Assembly (NCBI GenBank): GCA_964490105.1
Contig: CAZAZU010000001.1
Coordinates: 370,361-434,360 of the forward strand
Reading direction: 5' to 3'
Source of the DNA: an uncultured Gammaproteobacteria bacterium
GTDB lineage: Bacteria; Patescibacteriota; Microgenomatia; Levybacterales; UBA12049
DNA: 64,000 nucleotides
The notes beneath the pieces were generated by a model. It was not told the origin of the DNA. It saw only the letters and a program-made list of their open reading frames with translations, and did no database searches. The position numbers and the translations under genes are program-made. Of the stretch, positions 36,822-46,474 are shown in pieces. The stretch's first letter is position 1. Each line of letters begins with the position of its first letter.

Positions 36822-37913
36822 TCAGGACTTAAAGAAATATTCCCGACTAAGTTCATTATATTTCTTTTTTTTAAAAATAAAGTAATCAATTATTATACTT
36901 TTTTTATATAAAGGATATAAGGGATGCTGAGAACCTTTAATTCTGAATGCAGCTTTTTTTCTTCGCTTATATATTTGAGGAAGTAGGACGATAAGAGAAA
37001 AATAAGCCTTAATTACTGCCAATGCATTAAGCGGCAACCTATCATTAACTAAATAATACCAAAAAGCCACTGAATCTAAGATAACCCTAAAAGGCAGATA
37101 TCGAAGCAACTGAAGCAACGTATAATTTTTAAAAATCAAAATAATGTGATTTCTGTGATGTAGGAATACTTTTTTGGGTGACTTATTTCCAAAAGTACCC
37201 GAGCCATAGTGATATACAACAGATTTTGGAATATATACTAATCTATACCCAAAATAACTCATCCTCCAACATAAATCCACCTCTTCACCATAAAGAAAAA
37301 ACATTTCATCGAGTAACCCGACTTTTTTTATTACATCAATTTTTGTTATCAAACAATTTCCAGACGTCCAAGCTACATCAACAATATCATCATATTGCCC
37401 GCGATCTTTTTCAATTGAAAAAAATATTCTTCCCCTGCAAAATGGATATCCAAAAACATCCATATATCCACCACCCGCACCTGCATATTCAAACATAGAC
37501 TTATCCCTCATGGACTTTATTTTTGGTTGACATGCACCCACATCTGGATGCTCTTCCATATATTTAATAATCGGATTAAGCCAATTTTTAGTCACTAGTG
37601 TATCGTCATTTAAAAGAACAACATATCCTTTTTTTATTCTTTTTAAAGCATAATTACATCCACTCGCAAAACCTCTGTTATTTTTTAAACGATAAAAAGT
37701 TAGCTTCTTATTATTCTTGTATTCGTTATAAAATTTTTCATATGCCGATTTTTCAGAGTTATTATCTACGAGGTATATGTGAATATTTTTATAATTTGAG
37801 GTAAGTACTGTATCTATACATTTACCAATGAATTTAAATTGATTTGTAGTAATTATGACTACGCTAACAAGAGGGTCTCTCCTTGATGACTTCATATCAA
37901 CTTCTTCTTCCAA
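36822..37913 (-). CDS. Glycosyltransferase family 2 with C-terminal membrane segment
   Basis: VSVVIITTNQFKFIGKCIDTV...LVDNNSE and LLNDDT identify GT2. The C-terminal third is hydrophobic. Confidence 0.75.
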   Translation of the reverse strand: MEEEVDMKSSRRDPLVSVVIITTNQFKFIGKCIDTVLTSNYKNIHIYLVDNNSEKSAYEKFYNEYKNNKKLTFYRLKNNRGFASGCNYALKRIKKGYVVLLNDDTLVTKNWLNPIIKYMEEHPDVGACQPKIKSMRDKSMFEYAGAGGGYMDVFGYPFCRGRIFFSIEKDRGQYDDIVDVAWTSGNCLITKIDVIKKVGLLDEMFFLYGEEVDLCWRMSYFGYRLVYIPKSVVYHYGSGTFGNKSPKKVFLHHRNHIILIFKNYTLLQLLRYLPFRVILDSVAFWYYLVNDRLPLNALAVIKAYFSLIVLLPQIYKRRKKAAFRIKGSQHPLYPLYKKSIIIDYFIFKKKKYNELSREYFFKS

Positions 37914-38923
37914 GTAACAGGGGTATTTTTATGGACCAATTCTAAGTTGTCTAAATATTTAAACTCCTGTGGGCCTTTTTGCCTAGCCCAATTAACCATT
38001 CTCCCAATGCCCTCCTCCAAAGTAACTCTTTGCTTAAATCCTAAGAGCTTTTCTGCTTTATCGACTGTACACCATGCATAACTTACTTCTTGCGGTCTAA
38101 GAGGAATGTATTTCGGTGTTAGATATTTTGGGATTTTGCGATCTGGATAAAAAGCTTTCAATACGGCCTTTGAAAGCTGATTAATGCTAACTTCATCCTT
38201 AGGTCCTATATTAATAATTTCTCCGTTGCATCTTGGGCTGAATCCTGCTTTTACAAAATATGGAACTAAATCATCGATATGAGTAAATGATCTTTTTTGC
38301 CTGCCGCTTCCGTAAATATAATAATGCTTATCTAAAAGCAATCTGTTTATAAATATTGCTACCACATTCCGATATGGATCAGCTAAATTCTGTCTTTCTC
38401 CATAGACATTATGCGGCCTAATGATTGTATACTTAAAACCATACACTTTACTTAAAACCTCAGTTGCATTTTCCATTGCAGCTTTTGCAATACCATATAT
38501 ATCATCAGGTCTTCTAGGCATATCTTCAGAAAAAGGAGGCTTCTGAGACCCGTAGACACTCATTGAGCTTGTCAGTATGACTTTTTCAAGTCCATTTTTA
38601 ATAGAAGGAATTAAAACATTTAAATATGCGTTATAATTTCTCTGCGTTGAAGATAGCGGAGTAAACTGACTTCTTCCCTCTGCAGCATCTGCAGCCAAAT
38701 GAAAAACATATTGTGGTTTTATTTTGTCAATATATTTCTCAACATCTTTCTCCAAACGAAGGTCTAAATTTGTAAATTTACTTTTTGGATTTATGTTCTC
38801 CAGGTAACCACCAGATAAATCATCAACTGAAAATACTTCATGCCCTAAGTCTATTAATGAATCTACGAGATGACTTCCGATAAACCCTGCAGCTCCTGTA
38901 ACTAAAATTTTTTTCTTTTTCAT
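37892..38923 (-). CDS. NAD-dependent epimerase/dehydratase (extended SDR; UDP-hexose 4-epimerase/dehydratase-like)
   Basis: The Rossmann motif VTGAAGFIGSHLV and the catalytic YGIAK (YxxxK) are present. Confidence 0.8.
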   Translation of the reverse strand: MKKKKILVTGAAGFIGSHLVDSLIDLGHEVFSVDDLSGGYLENINPKSKFTNLDLRLEKDVEKYIDKIKPQYVFHLAADAAEGRSQFTPLSSTQRNYNAYLNVLIPSIKNGLEKVILTSSMSVYGSQKPPFSEDMPRRPDDIYGIAKAAMENATEVLSKVYGFKYTIIRPHNVYGERQNLADPYRNVVAIFINRLLLDKHYYIYGSGRQKRSFTHIDDLVPYFVKAGFSPRCNGEIINIGPKDEVSINQLSKAVLKAFYPDRKIPKYLTPKYIPLRPQEVSYAWCTVDKAEKLLGFKQRVTLEEGIGRMVNWARQKGPQEFKYLDNLELVHKNTPVTWKKKLI

Positions 38924-38928
38924 AATTT

Positions 38929-40590
38929 TTAATTAATAGTACCTATAAAACTCTTTGTAATATTTTTAAATATAAATTTTTCTTCGTCGTACTCTAATGC
39001 AACCACTACATCTTTTGAAAGATTATTTACTCTAAGCGTCTCCTCAAGTTTATTTTTATTCGTAAAATATCCATAGCTATTGTCTCCAATTTTCTTATAT
39101 CCTTCATCTAATAATCCCCATAGGAAAAAGTCTGCAAAAAATGGTCCCCACTCTTTTTCATTTCCCCGAGCGTAGGTTGCCAAAAATATCATTCCAGGTC
39201 CAGATGAAAACGGAAGGACATTTTCATTAGGTATTCCAAACTCACCATTTCTGTAACAGACTTTTTTACATTTAATGTAAAAAATTGTATTTCTGGAAAG
39301 AGATGGATTTTCCTCATGTAAACTTTTCAACAAGGTTTTCCTAGCAATCCCACCATGAACTTTATCGCTTACGGATAATCTAATCTCTTGTAAAGAAGTT
39401 ATAATCAGCAGGGCAAAAACAACAATCACTGAAGTCTTCTTTATATAGTCAAGAATCCTTAATTTACTTCTAGAAACATACACGCTATGAATAAAAATTG
39501 CAAGGAAGCAAAATACCGGAAAGCTTGCGAAATAAAGATATCTGGGTTCTAAAACGCTAATGTGTCTACCTACAAAAGATAGCATGAACGCGTTAGATCC
39601 GATCCAGGCGAGGAAAAAAATTATATAATTCGCAATATCTTTTGGCTTAAATAACCATAACCATAAAGCTAAAACACTGATTATTAATCCGAAAATATAA
39701 AAAAATGCTGCATCCATGAGAGGAGCTTGACTAGTAAAATATGTATATCCTGGATATGCTTGGTGTGCGTGGTTTATAAGAAATATTACTATTCGCTCAG
39801 AATATATTAAATTCTGCACAATAAACTTGATTGGAATTGTCAAAAGATTATATTCTGCGCCACTACCGGTAATCTGCTGACTAGCGGGTAATATTGCCGT
39901 ATTCAGGCTTTGAGCAAATATTCTTATTAGAAAAGTTATAAAAACTCCAATTATTAAATAAATGAAAGATTTCGAGTTTGACTTATTAATTTTTGATTTT
40001 CCAAAAGTTAGAAGATAAACAACAAAAAGCGGAATAATAATAAAACCTTCTTCTCTAAAACAAATCGAAATAAAGAATATTAATATTAAAATTACAGAAT
40101 TCTTTGCTGTTATAATTTTTTCTTTTATGTGCGCCAAATATATAAAAAATAAGAGCATGAAAAGCATCGCCATGTCGGTTGAGTTAAATATTGCTAAATG
40201 CGTAAACGCCTGCTGCGCACGACCGTTCAGTAAAAATAAAAAAGAACAAAGAAGCGCAATTGATTTCTTAGTTGATAATTGTAAAGCTAAAGTATAAACC
40301 AATACAGAATTTAAGGAGTGAATTACAAGTTGAATTAAATAATAGAATTGTGCTTGATAACCAAAAACTTCATATAAAAATTTCCATAGAATTGAGCCAA
40401 GCGGAATGAAATGCGTTCCTTTGCTCGCGAAAAAACTCCACCAGGGAAGAGTATAGGAATTAATTGTGTCTGCGAATCCTCCCCACTCATCTTGCTCAAA
40501 ATAAGCATTTAGAAGACCATGAGTGGCAAGAAATAGGATTACAAAAAAAACCAAAAATAAAAAGACGAAATTTTTTAATAAATACTTCAC
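38929..40590 (-). CDS. Polytopic membrane protein, GT-C-like
   Basis: 553 aa with roughly 12 TM helices. The first loop has acidic residues (YFEQDEWGGFAD). It ends in a short soluble C-terminal domain. Confidence 0.45.
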   Translation of the reverse strand: MKYLLKNFVFLFLVFFVILFLATHGLLNAYFEQDEWGGFADTINSYTLPWWSFFASKGTHFIPLGSILWKFLYEVFGYQAQFYYLIQLVIHSLNSVLVYTLALQLSTKKSIALLCSFLFLLNGRAQQAFTHLAIFNSTDMAMLFMLLFFIYLAHIKEKIITAKNSVILILIFFISICFREEGFIIIPLFVVYLLTFGKSKINKSNSKSFIYLIIGVFITFLIRIFAQSLNTAILPASQQITGSGAEYNLLTIPIKFIVQNLIYSERIVIFLINHAHQAYPGYTYFTSQAPLMDAAFFYIFGLIISVLALWLWLFKPKDIANYIIFFLAWIGSNAFMLSFVGRHISVLEPRYLYFASFPVFCFLAIFIHSVYVSRSKLRILDYIKKTSVIVVFALLIITSLQEIRLSVSDKVHGGIARKTLLKSLHEENPSLSRNTIFYIKCKKVCYRNGEFGIPNENVLPFSSGPGMIFLATYARGNEKEWGPFFADFFLWGLLDEGYKKIGDNSYGYFTNKNKLEETLRVNNLSKDVVVALEYDEEKFIFKNITKSFIGTIN

Positions 40591-42378
40591 TTAATGATAT
40601 AGAAATTCTACTAAAGACTTTCTTTTTTTAGATGAATTACTAAGAGCTCTAATATTTATGTTTTTATCATTGTCATTTATATCCAGTAAATAATTTCCTA
40701 TTGCTAGATAGTCTATCTTTGACTGAAGGAAAGCATCTAAAGCATCCTCGGGAGTACATACAATGGGCTCCTCATGCATGTTGAAGCTCGTATTTACAAG
40801 CGTTGGGATACCAGTTATTTTAAAATATTCGTTAAGAATTTTATAGTAACTTTCATTGTCTTTTCTGTTTATAATTTGGGGACGTGCTGTGCCATCAACA
40901 TGAACACATGCAGGACTTGTCTTAATCATATAGGGAGTGCATTCGAATGTAATTGTCATGAATTTTGAAGAGTACAGTGCACCCTCCAAATTCTTATAAC
41001 ATTTGGAGGCATATTCCGCAAGAGTAACAGGAGCAAAAGGCATAAACTCTGTTCTTTTTAATCTCTTATTAAGCCAGTCGTTGATAGATTTATCTTTCGC
41101 TTCATATAAAATGGATCTGTTACCAAGTGCTCGCGGACCATATTCCATTCTTCCGGAAAATCTAGCGATTACTTTTTTTTCTACAAGCAGCTTAGCAATT
41201 TTCTTCTCGATATTTTTTTCTTTTTTAAAGCTTAACTTATGTTTCTTTAGAACTTTTTCAATTTCCTTATCGGTATAATCAGGTCCGAAATATACTGTTT
41301 CCGGTTTTTTAATCTTTTCTTTATTTAAATGCGCTATGTGAAGTGCAGCTCCAAGCGCTAACCCATCATCCCCCATTGCTTGATGGATGTGTATCTCATC
41401 AATTTCTTCCATTTCATGAATTTTTTGATTCACCTTTACATTAGCTGCAACTCCACCAGCTATAGCAATCTTCTTAACTCCCGTCTTTTTTACAGCATAA
41501 TTCACTAATTCAACGACGCACTCCTCAAGTCTTCTCTGAAAAGCCGCAGAGATATCCTCCCTTGAATACTTTTCCAGCTCTTTTGGGAGTTTCTTATTAT
41601 TAAAATAGAAAGCGAGAATACTCAAATACTTCTTATGATTAAAAATAACTTTATCCTTCTTAACACTCATCATTTTTCTTACAAAATCATCAACCACTTT
41701 AGGATCTCCATAAGCAGCTAATCCCGTAATTTTTCCTGGATGTCTATGCCTATTAAAGCCTAGGACTTCGGTAACTAACTCATAAAATTTACCCATTGAA
41801 TTAGGCAACTTATTCTCTACAATTTTTTCCCATTTATCATCTATTACCCTATATATGGACACTGTTTGATCAAAACCTGAACCTTCATTTGCCATAACTA
41901 AGCAATCATTCCAGCCAGACGTATAATATGCTGAGTGCAGATGGGCCATGTGATGATGATCAAGATAAACTTTTCCCTTAAAGCCTTTTAGGTGCATTTC
42001 AACTCTTTTCCTTGAGTAAACATATCTATAAAGGTAGGTAAGAATTCCTGGTGAAATTAAAATTTCACCTACAATTAACGAGGGCTTTTTAAGCCAAATT
42101 AAATACTTTCCCCTTGTAGATGATATGGGCCAAATATTTTCTTTAAAATTAAGATAAATAGATTTAGGAAAAGGATCCTCAACGTATACAATCGCATCAA
42201 GTTCATCTGGCGTTATCTTGGTGTAGCTTAAAAAGTTTTTAAGAGCGCCGATCGGCGCATTTCTGTCCATTTTTATTCTGGAAAACCTTTCATTAGATGC
42301 AGCGTATAAAACAGTACCATTCTCCACATATGCTACTGAGGTGTCATGAGTTCTTATGTGTATTCCGAGAATTTTCAT
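40591..42378 (-). CDS. NodU/CmcH-family O-carbamoyltransferase
   Basis: The N-terminal ILGIHIRTHDTSVAYVENGTVLYAASNERFSRIK matches the Carbam_trans_N (Kae1/YgjD-like) domain. At ~595 aa it has the matching C-terminal domain. Confidence 0.78.
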   Translation of the reverse strand: MKILGIHIRTHDTSVAYVENGTVLYAASNERFSRIKMDRNAPIGALKNFLSYTKITPDELDAIVYVEDPFPKSIYLNFKENIWPISSTRGKYLIWLKKPSLIVGEILISPGILTYLYRYVYSRKRVEMHLKGFKGKVYLDHHHMAHLHSAYYTSGWNDCLVMANEGSGFDQTVSIYRVIDDKWEKIVENKLPNSMGKFYELVTEVLGFNRHRHPGKITGLAAYGDPKVVDDFVRKMMSVKKDKVIFNHKKYLSILAFYFNNKKLPKELEKYSREDISAAFQRRLEECVVELVNYAVKKTGVKKIAIAGGVAANVKVNQKIHEMEEIDEIHIHQAMGDDGLALGAALHIAHLNKEKIKKPETVYFGPDYTDKEIEKVLKKHKLSFKKEKNIEKKIAKLLVEKKVIARFSGRMEYGPRALGNRSILYEAKDKSINDWLNKRLKRTEFMPFAPVTLAEYASKCYKNLEGALYSSKFMTITFECTPYMIKTSPACVHVDGTARPQIINRKDNESYYKILNEYFKITGIPTLVNTSFNMHEEPIVCTPEDALDAFLQSKIDYLAIGNYLLDINDNDKNINIRALSNSSKKRKSLVEFLYH

Positions 42379-43571
42379 ATGCTTTGATATAACTTGTAAT
42401 GTTTTTCAGCTATTACATCCCAAAACCTTTCTTGAGTTACATTATTTAGGGACTTATTTATACTATGAATAGTTTTTTTATCATTTAATATTCGTTCGAG
42501 CTGAGTTGCAAAAGAATTATGATCAGAGATATCAAAAGCTAGTCCAATATTATTTGATTTTACTTCTTCTGAAATGGGCTTCACATCCGCAACTATTAAT
42601 GGTTTTTTATATGCCAAAGTCATCGCAAGTGCTCCGCTAGAATTATATGAAAAAACTGCAGGAATTATACAAACCTTGGCTAGTCTATATAACTCATCTA
42701 ACTCATCTCCATTAACAAATCCAGTAATCAAAACTGATTTTGAGATTTTGCTTGTTTTAATCAATGCTTCTATCTTTTTCTTATAATAAGCGAATTCCGG
42801 GAGAACATCCCCAGCTAAGACTAATAAAAAATCTTTTGACTTAGTGTTTTCTATAAAATACTTATATTCCTTTATCAGGTAGTCATATCCTTTTCTTGGA
42901 GAAAAATATCCAAATATAAGAATTAATTTTTTATTCTTAAGAACTGGATGCTTCCTTAATACCTCCATACTCTTTGGTAGCTTATCAGGATCCTTAATTC
43001 TTCGTATACCGTGCGCGATTGTAAATACTTTTTTTGGATCACATTTATATTCATCTACAAGTCTTGTTCTTAAGATTTCAGTATGAGCAGTAACAGCGCT
43101 AGAAAATATACCAATTAATCTAAAGACATAAAAAAGAAAAACTTTGCCCAAAAATTTATTTAAAATATTATTTGCTAACCCAAAACTTTCTAAAAAGTTA
43201 GCGTTAATCTGATTTTTAGAAACGATTAAATGACAGGTAACAAAAACCTTGAATCCAAATAATCTTAAGAGTCCAATTAACCAGGGGAAAATTAGCGCAG
43301 ATCCGATTCCTCCATAGGTTTTAAATTCGTGCTGAAAGTGAATCACGTTTGGTTTTATTTTAAACACATATATTAAGATCGGTATGAAGAATAAGACTCC
43401 CTTATTCCACACTAAATCTACCTTAGGTGTTTTGCCATCTAAAACAGGCTCATTTTTTCTACCACACAAATACAGCTCGTCCCTTTTTTTCATAACTTGT
43501 AAAAATCCTTGACTTAGATCTCTTGTGTAATTGGAGTCTGGAAGAAAGTTAGCGATAAATATGAACCTCAT
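42375..43571 (-). CDS. GT4-like glycosyltransferase with hydrophobic N-terminal half
   Basis: The C-terminal VLITGFVNGDELDELYRLAKVCIIP follows the Glycos_transf_1 pattern. Confidence 0.6.
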   Translation of the reverse strand: MRFIFIANFLPDSNYTRDLSQGFLQVMKKRDELYLCGRKNEPVLDGKTPKVDLVWNKGVLFFIPILIYVFKIKPNVIHFQHEFKTYGGIGSALIFPWLIGLLRLFGFKVFVTCHLIVSKNQINANFLESFGLANNILNKFLGKVFLFYVFRLIGIFSSAVTAHTEILRTRLVDEYKCDPKKVFTIAHGIRRIKDPDKLPKSMEVLRKHPVLKNKKLILIFGYFSPRKGYDYLIKEYKYFIENTKSKDFLLVLAGDVLPEFAYYKKKIEALIKTSKISKSVLITGFVNGDELDELYRLAKVCIIPAVFSYNSSGALAMTLAYKKPLIVADVKPISEEVKSNNIGLAFDISDHNSFATQLERILNDKKTIHSINKSLNNVTQERFWDVIAEKHYKLYQSI

Positions 43572-44599
43572 TAAATTCTGTTCTCCTTAATGTAGTTTAA
43601 AACTCTCAAGAACCCTTCCTCGTTGGAAATTTTAGGCTTCCACCCAATTTCAATTACTTTCTTCGTATCAGCATAACGATTAGTAACTCCAACAGGTTTA
43701 TTAAGAATTGGCTGGACCCTAGGGTTATAACCTTCTATTTTTGATAGTAAATTAATTACTTCCAAAAAAGTTGTTAGCTTTCCGCTACCAATATTTACTG
43801 CAGTGCCATCGTTTATTTTTTTCATAATTTTAAAAAAAGCATCAATACAATCGTCAATATGAACAAAATCTCTTCCCTGTTTTCCGTTACCCCAAACCTT
43901 GATTGGATCTTCTCTCATAGCAATTCTTTTTGTTATTGCAGGAATTGGATAGGAAAAATCTTGATCCTCTCCATAGCCGGAAAATGGCCTTACGCAAGCG
44001 ATAGGTATATTGTATTTTTTTGCCGTAATTTGACTCAAATACTCTCCTGTTAATTTACTCCATCCATAAGTCATATCAGGAACTCCCAATGACTCATCAA
44101 ACTTTATAAAATCCTCTTTCAAAGCCTTTGATTTTCTTTTACCCTGCAGAACAACTGGGTATGCAGCGCTCGAACTTGCGTAAAGAACAGATTCAACATT
44201 TCTATTTTTGCGTGTTAGCCAATAAAAAAATACGGAGTCAATAGCTAAATCTTTTCCTACCAATATGGGATCCCCTTCAATCAATTCTCTACCCCCGACG
44301 ATAGAAGCTAAGTGAAAAATTTTATAAAAATTTGGTAATTCTTCTTCAGCATTCTTTCTAAAAACATCAATTACATCTGCATTTATAAAATTTATTCTTT
44401 GGGATTTATTAGAATATTCAATTAAATTTCTTTTTCTAGAATTTTTTTTATAATCTTTCCCTATCCATTTTTCTGGATGAATACCTAAGGATAAATCATC
44501 AACTATCCAAATATTGCTTTCTTGAGATAACTTACGTATTAAATTTCTGCCTACAAAACCACAACCACCTGTAATTAAAACAGCTTTTTTTGACTTCAT
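43571..44599 (-). CDS. NAD-dependent epimerase/dehydratase (extended SDR)
   Basis: LITGGCGFVGRNLIRKL and YGWSK (YxxxK) are present. Confidence 0.8.
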   Translation of the reverse strand: MKSKKAVLITGGCGFVGRNLIRKLSQESNIWIVDDLSLGIHPEKWIGKDYKKNSRKRNLIEYSNKSQRINFINADVIDVFRKNAEEELPNFYKIFHLASIVGGRELIEGDPILVGKDLAIDSVFFYWLTRKNRNVESVLYASSSAAYPVVLQGKRKSKALKEDFIKFDESLGVPDMTYGWSKLTGEYLSQITAKKYNIPIACVRPFSGYGEDQDFSYPIPAITKRIAMREDPIKVWGNGKQGRDFVHIDDCIDAFFKIMKKINDGTAVNIGSGKLTTFLEVINLLSKIEGYNPRVQPILNKPVGVTNRYADTKKVIEIGWKPKISNEEGFLRVLNYIKENRI

Positions 44600-44614
44600 T
44601 TTATAAAATAAATT

Positions 44615-45349
44615 CTAATTTTTTTTAGCTTTTAAGATAATAAGATGTGAATGTCTTGGATCTAATCTTGCCATAATGCTAGATAAAAATCCTTTGAATG
44701 GGAAATAACCAACCCCGCTAACTTTTTCTATTTCAAATCCATGTGCCTTATATGCATCAATTAACCCTTTATAGGCTAATACCTTATTGTGTCCAAACTC
44801 TCCGATATCTCTCCATTTACGTGCAAATTCTGGATCTGGTGCAGGACCAGTTTCTACAGGCCCCTCAACTCTAAGCGCATATGGATTACCAATGCTTTTC
44901 CCATTTATCATAAAGGTTGTTGAAAATGCTTGATATCCAAAAACTAATGAAATAATGTTTGGCCATGACGCTAAATTATCAGTTGCAACAACAACATATC
45001 CCCCTTTTCTTAAAACTCTATACGTTTCAGAAATAAATAATGAAGTGTTATACAAATGTTCAATACTATAGTTACTAATAACTACATCAAAAGAATTTGA
45101 ATTAAACGGGAATTTTTCATTAAGATTTGTTCTTTTTGTTTTAATACTTTTAATTTTTATAGGGAGGGCTTCTATTGCATTTACATCCTTGGTGCCAATC
45201 TTTTTTGCTATTTTTACCGTTAACTTCCCATCACCACACCCTAGATCTAAAAGTCTTACATTTGGATTTTTTTCTATAAAGGAAAGTAGGGTTTTTTCAG
45301 ATTGTCTTGCCCAAGAATCATATAAATTAATAGCATATTTTCGAAACAT
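44615..45349 (-). CDS. Class I SAM-dependent methyltransferase
   Basis: Motif I is LLDLGCGDGKLT; an acidic motif II follows. Confidence 0.72.
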   Translation of the reverse strand: MFRKYAINLYDSWARQSEKTLLSFIEKNPNVRLLDLGCGDGKLTVKIAKKIGTKDVNAIEALPIKIKSIKTKRTNLNEKFPFNSNSFDVVISNYSIEHLYNTSLFISETYRVLRKGGYVVVATDNLASWPNIISLVFGYQAFSTTFMINGKSIGNPYALRVEGPVETGPAPDPEFARKWRDIGEFGHNKVLAYKGLIDAYKAHGFEIEKVSGVGYFPFKGFLSSIMARLDPRHSHLIILKAKKN

Positions 45350-45397
45350 TCTGAGATTATATCACATAAGATTTATAGCTATTAACCACTACAAATT

Positions 45398-46474
45398 TTA
45401 ATTTTTTATTTTAGAACTTAACCTAAATCCTAATAAATCTTGTAGAAGTCCTAGAAGTAAAAGCATATATGCAAACGATGAAACTTCATCTGAAGATAAA
45501 CCAAAATTAAAATAAATATTAACGACAGAAATGCAAACAATTATAAAAGACAGAAAATATGTTACCCTACTACTAATCTTATTTATTCTAATAGAAATTA
45601 CCCAAAATCCTAAAAGTCCAATCACGAACCCACTAACAAAAACTTCAGTAGTAAAAATATATAAGAAAATAAAAAAGAGGCATAGACCCAAAAACAAATA
45701 TCTTTTTATTTTATAACACTTAATAAAAAATCTATTTATAATTTTATATACATATTTATTTTTTTTAAAAATTTTACTAGCTTTACTCTCATTACCAAGA
45801 ATTAAAAATAATATATAGAAAATAAAAGGAAGCAGGAAGATAGAAGAAGAAATTAAAATATACTTGCTGGTAAAAACTGTAAATGCTTTATCCTTTAAAA
45901 AGCTAAGCGCTGACTGATTATTAGTAAAAATTTGCGATTTTGAGTATTTGTATTTTGATATGAATCTGACATTTTCATCCTTTAAAGTTATTGCATTTAC
46001 TTCATTACCATTTAAGGATTTAATTTCGAAGATGAAATCTTTACCAATGGAATCTTGAATCTCTAAAAACCCAAACGGGAAATACATTTTCGAACTCATT
46101 TGACCAGATCTATATTTATTTATATACTGCCAATCCTTAGAGTTAACTTCCTTTATTCTAAATACCAGTGTATCTTCATTATTAAAATCTACACGAGGAA
46201 CATTCTCTAACTTCACAGCTACAATTCCCAGATTATTTTTCTTTGCATTAAATTTAAATATTATTTTTTGATCTTTGAGTATTTTTCCTCCAGAATTATT
46301 TGGTGCGTCTTGAACATGAGAATATTCAAGAACAGAAAAATTTTTATAGGAACCGTAAATAAAAGTTGAAAATATCCAAAACATTAAAAGCGATACGGGA
46401 ATTATTACTATCCTAACTATTTTTTTCTGAAGTACTATTTTTGCTATAAGGAATATCTTTTTAAGATTTTTCAT
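45398..46474 (-). CDS. Hypothetical membrane protein (N-terminal TM, beta-rich ectodomain, C-terminal 4-TM bundle)
   Basis: Judged from hydrophobicity only. It overlaps the upstream GT-C-like gene by 14 nt, which suggests co-translation. Confidence 0.4.
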   Translation of the reverse strand: MKNLKKIFLIAKIVLQKKIVRIVIIPVSLLMFWIFSTFIYGSYKNFSVLEYSHVQDAPNNSGGKILKDQKIIFKFNAKKNNLGIVAVKLENVPRVDFNNEDTLVFRIKEVNSKDWQYINKYRSGQMSSKMYFPFGFLEIQDSIGKDFIFEIKSLNGNEVNAITLKDENVRFISKYKYSKSQIFTNNQSALSFLKDKAFTVFTSKYILISSSIFLLPFIFYILFLILGNESKASKIFKKNKYVYKIINRFFIKCYKIKRYLFLGLCLFFIFLYIFTTEVFVSGFVIGLLGFWVISIRINKISSRVTYFLSFIIVCISVVNIYFNFGLSSDEVSSFAYMLLLLGLLQDLLGFRLSSKIKN

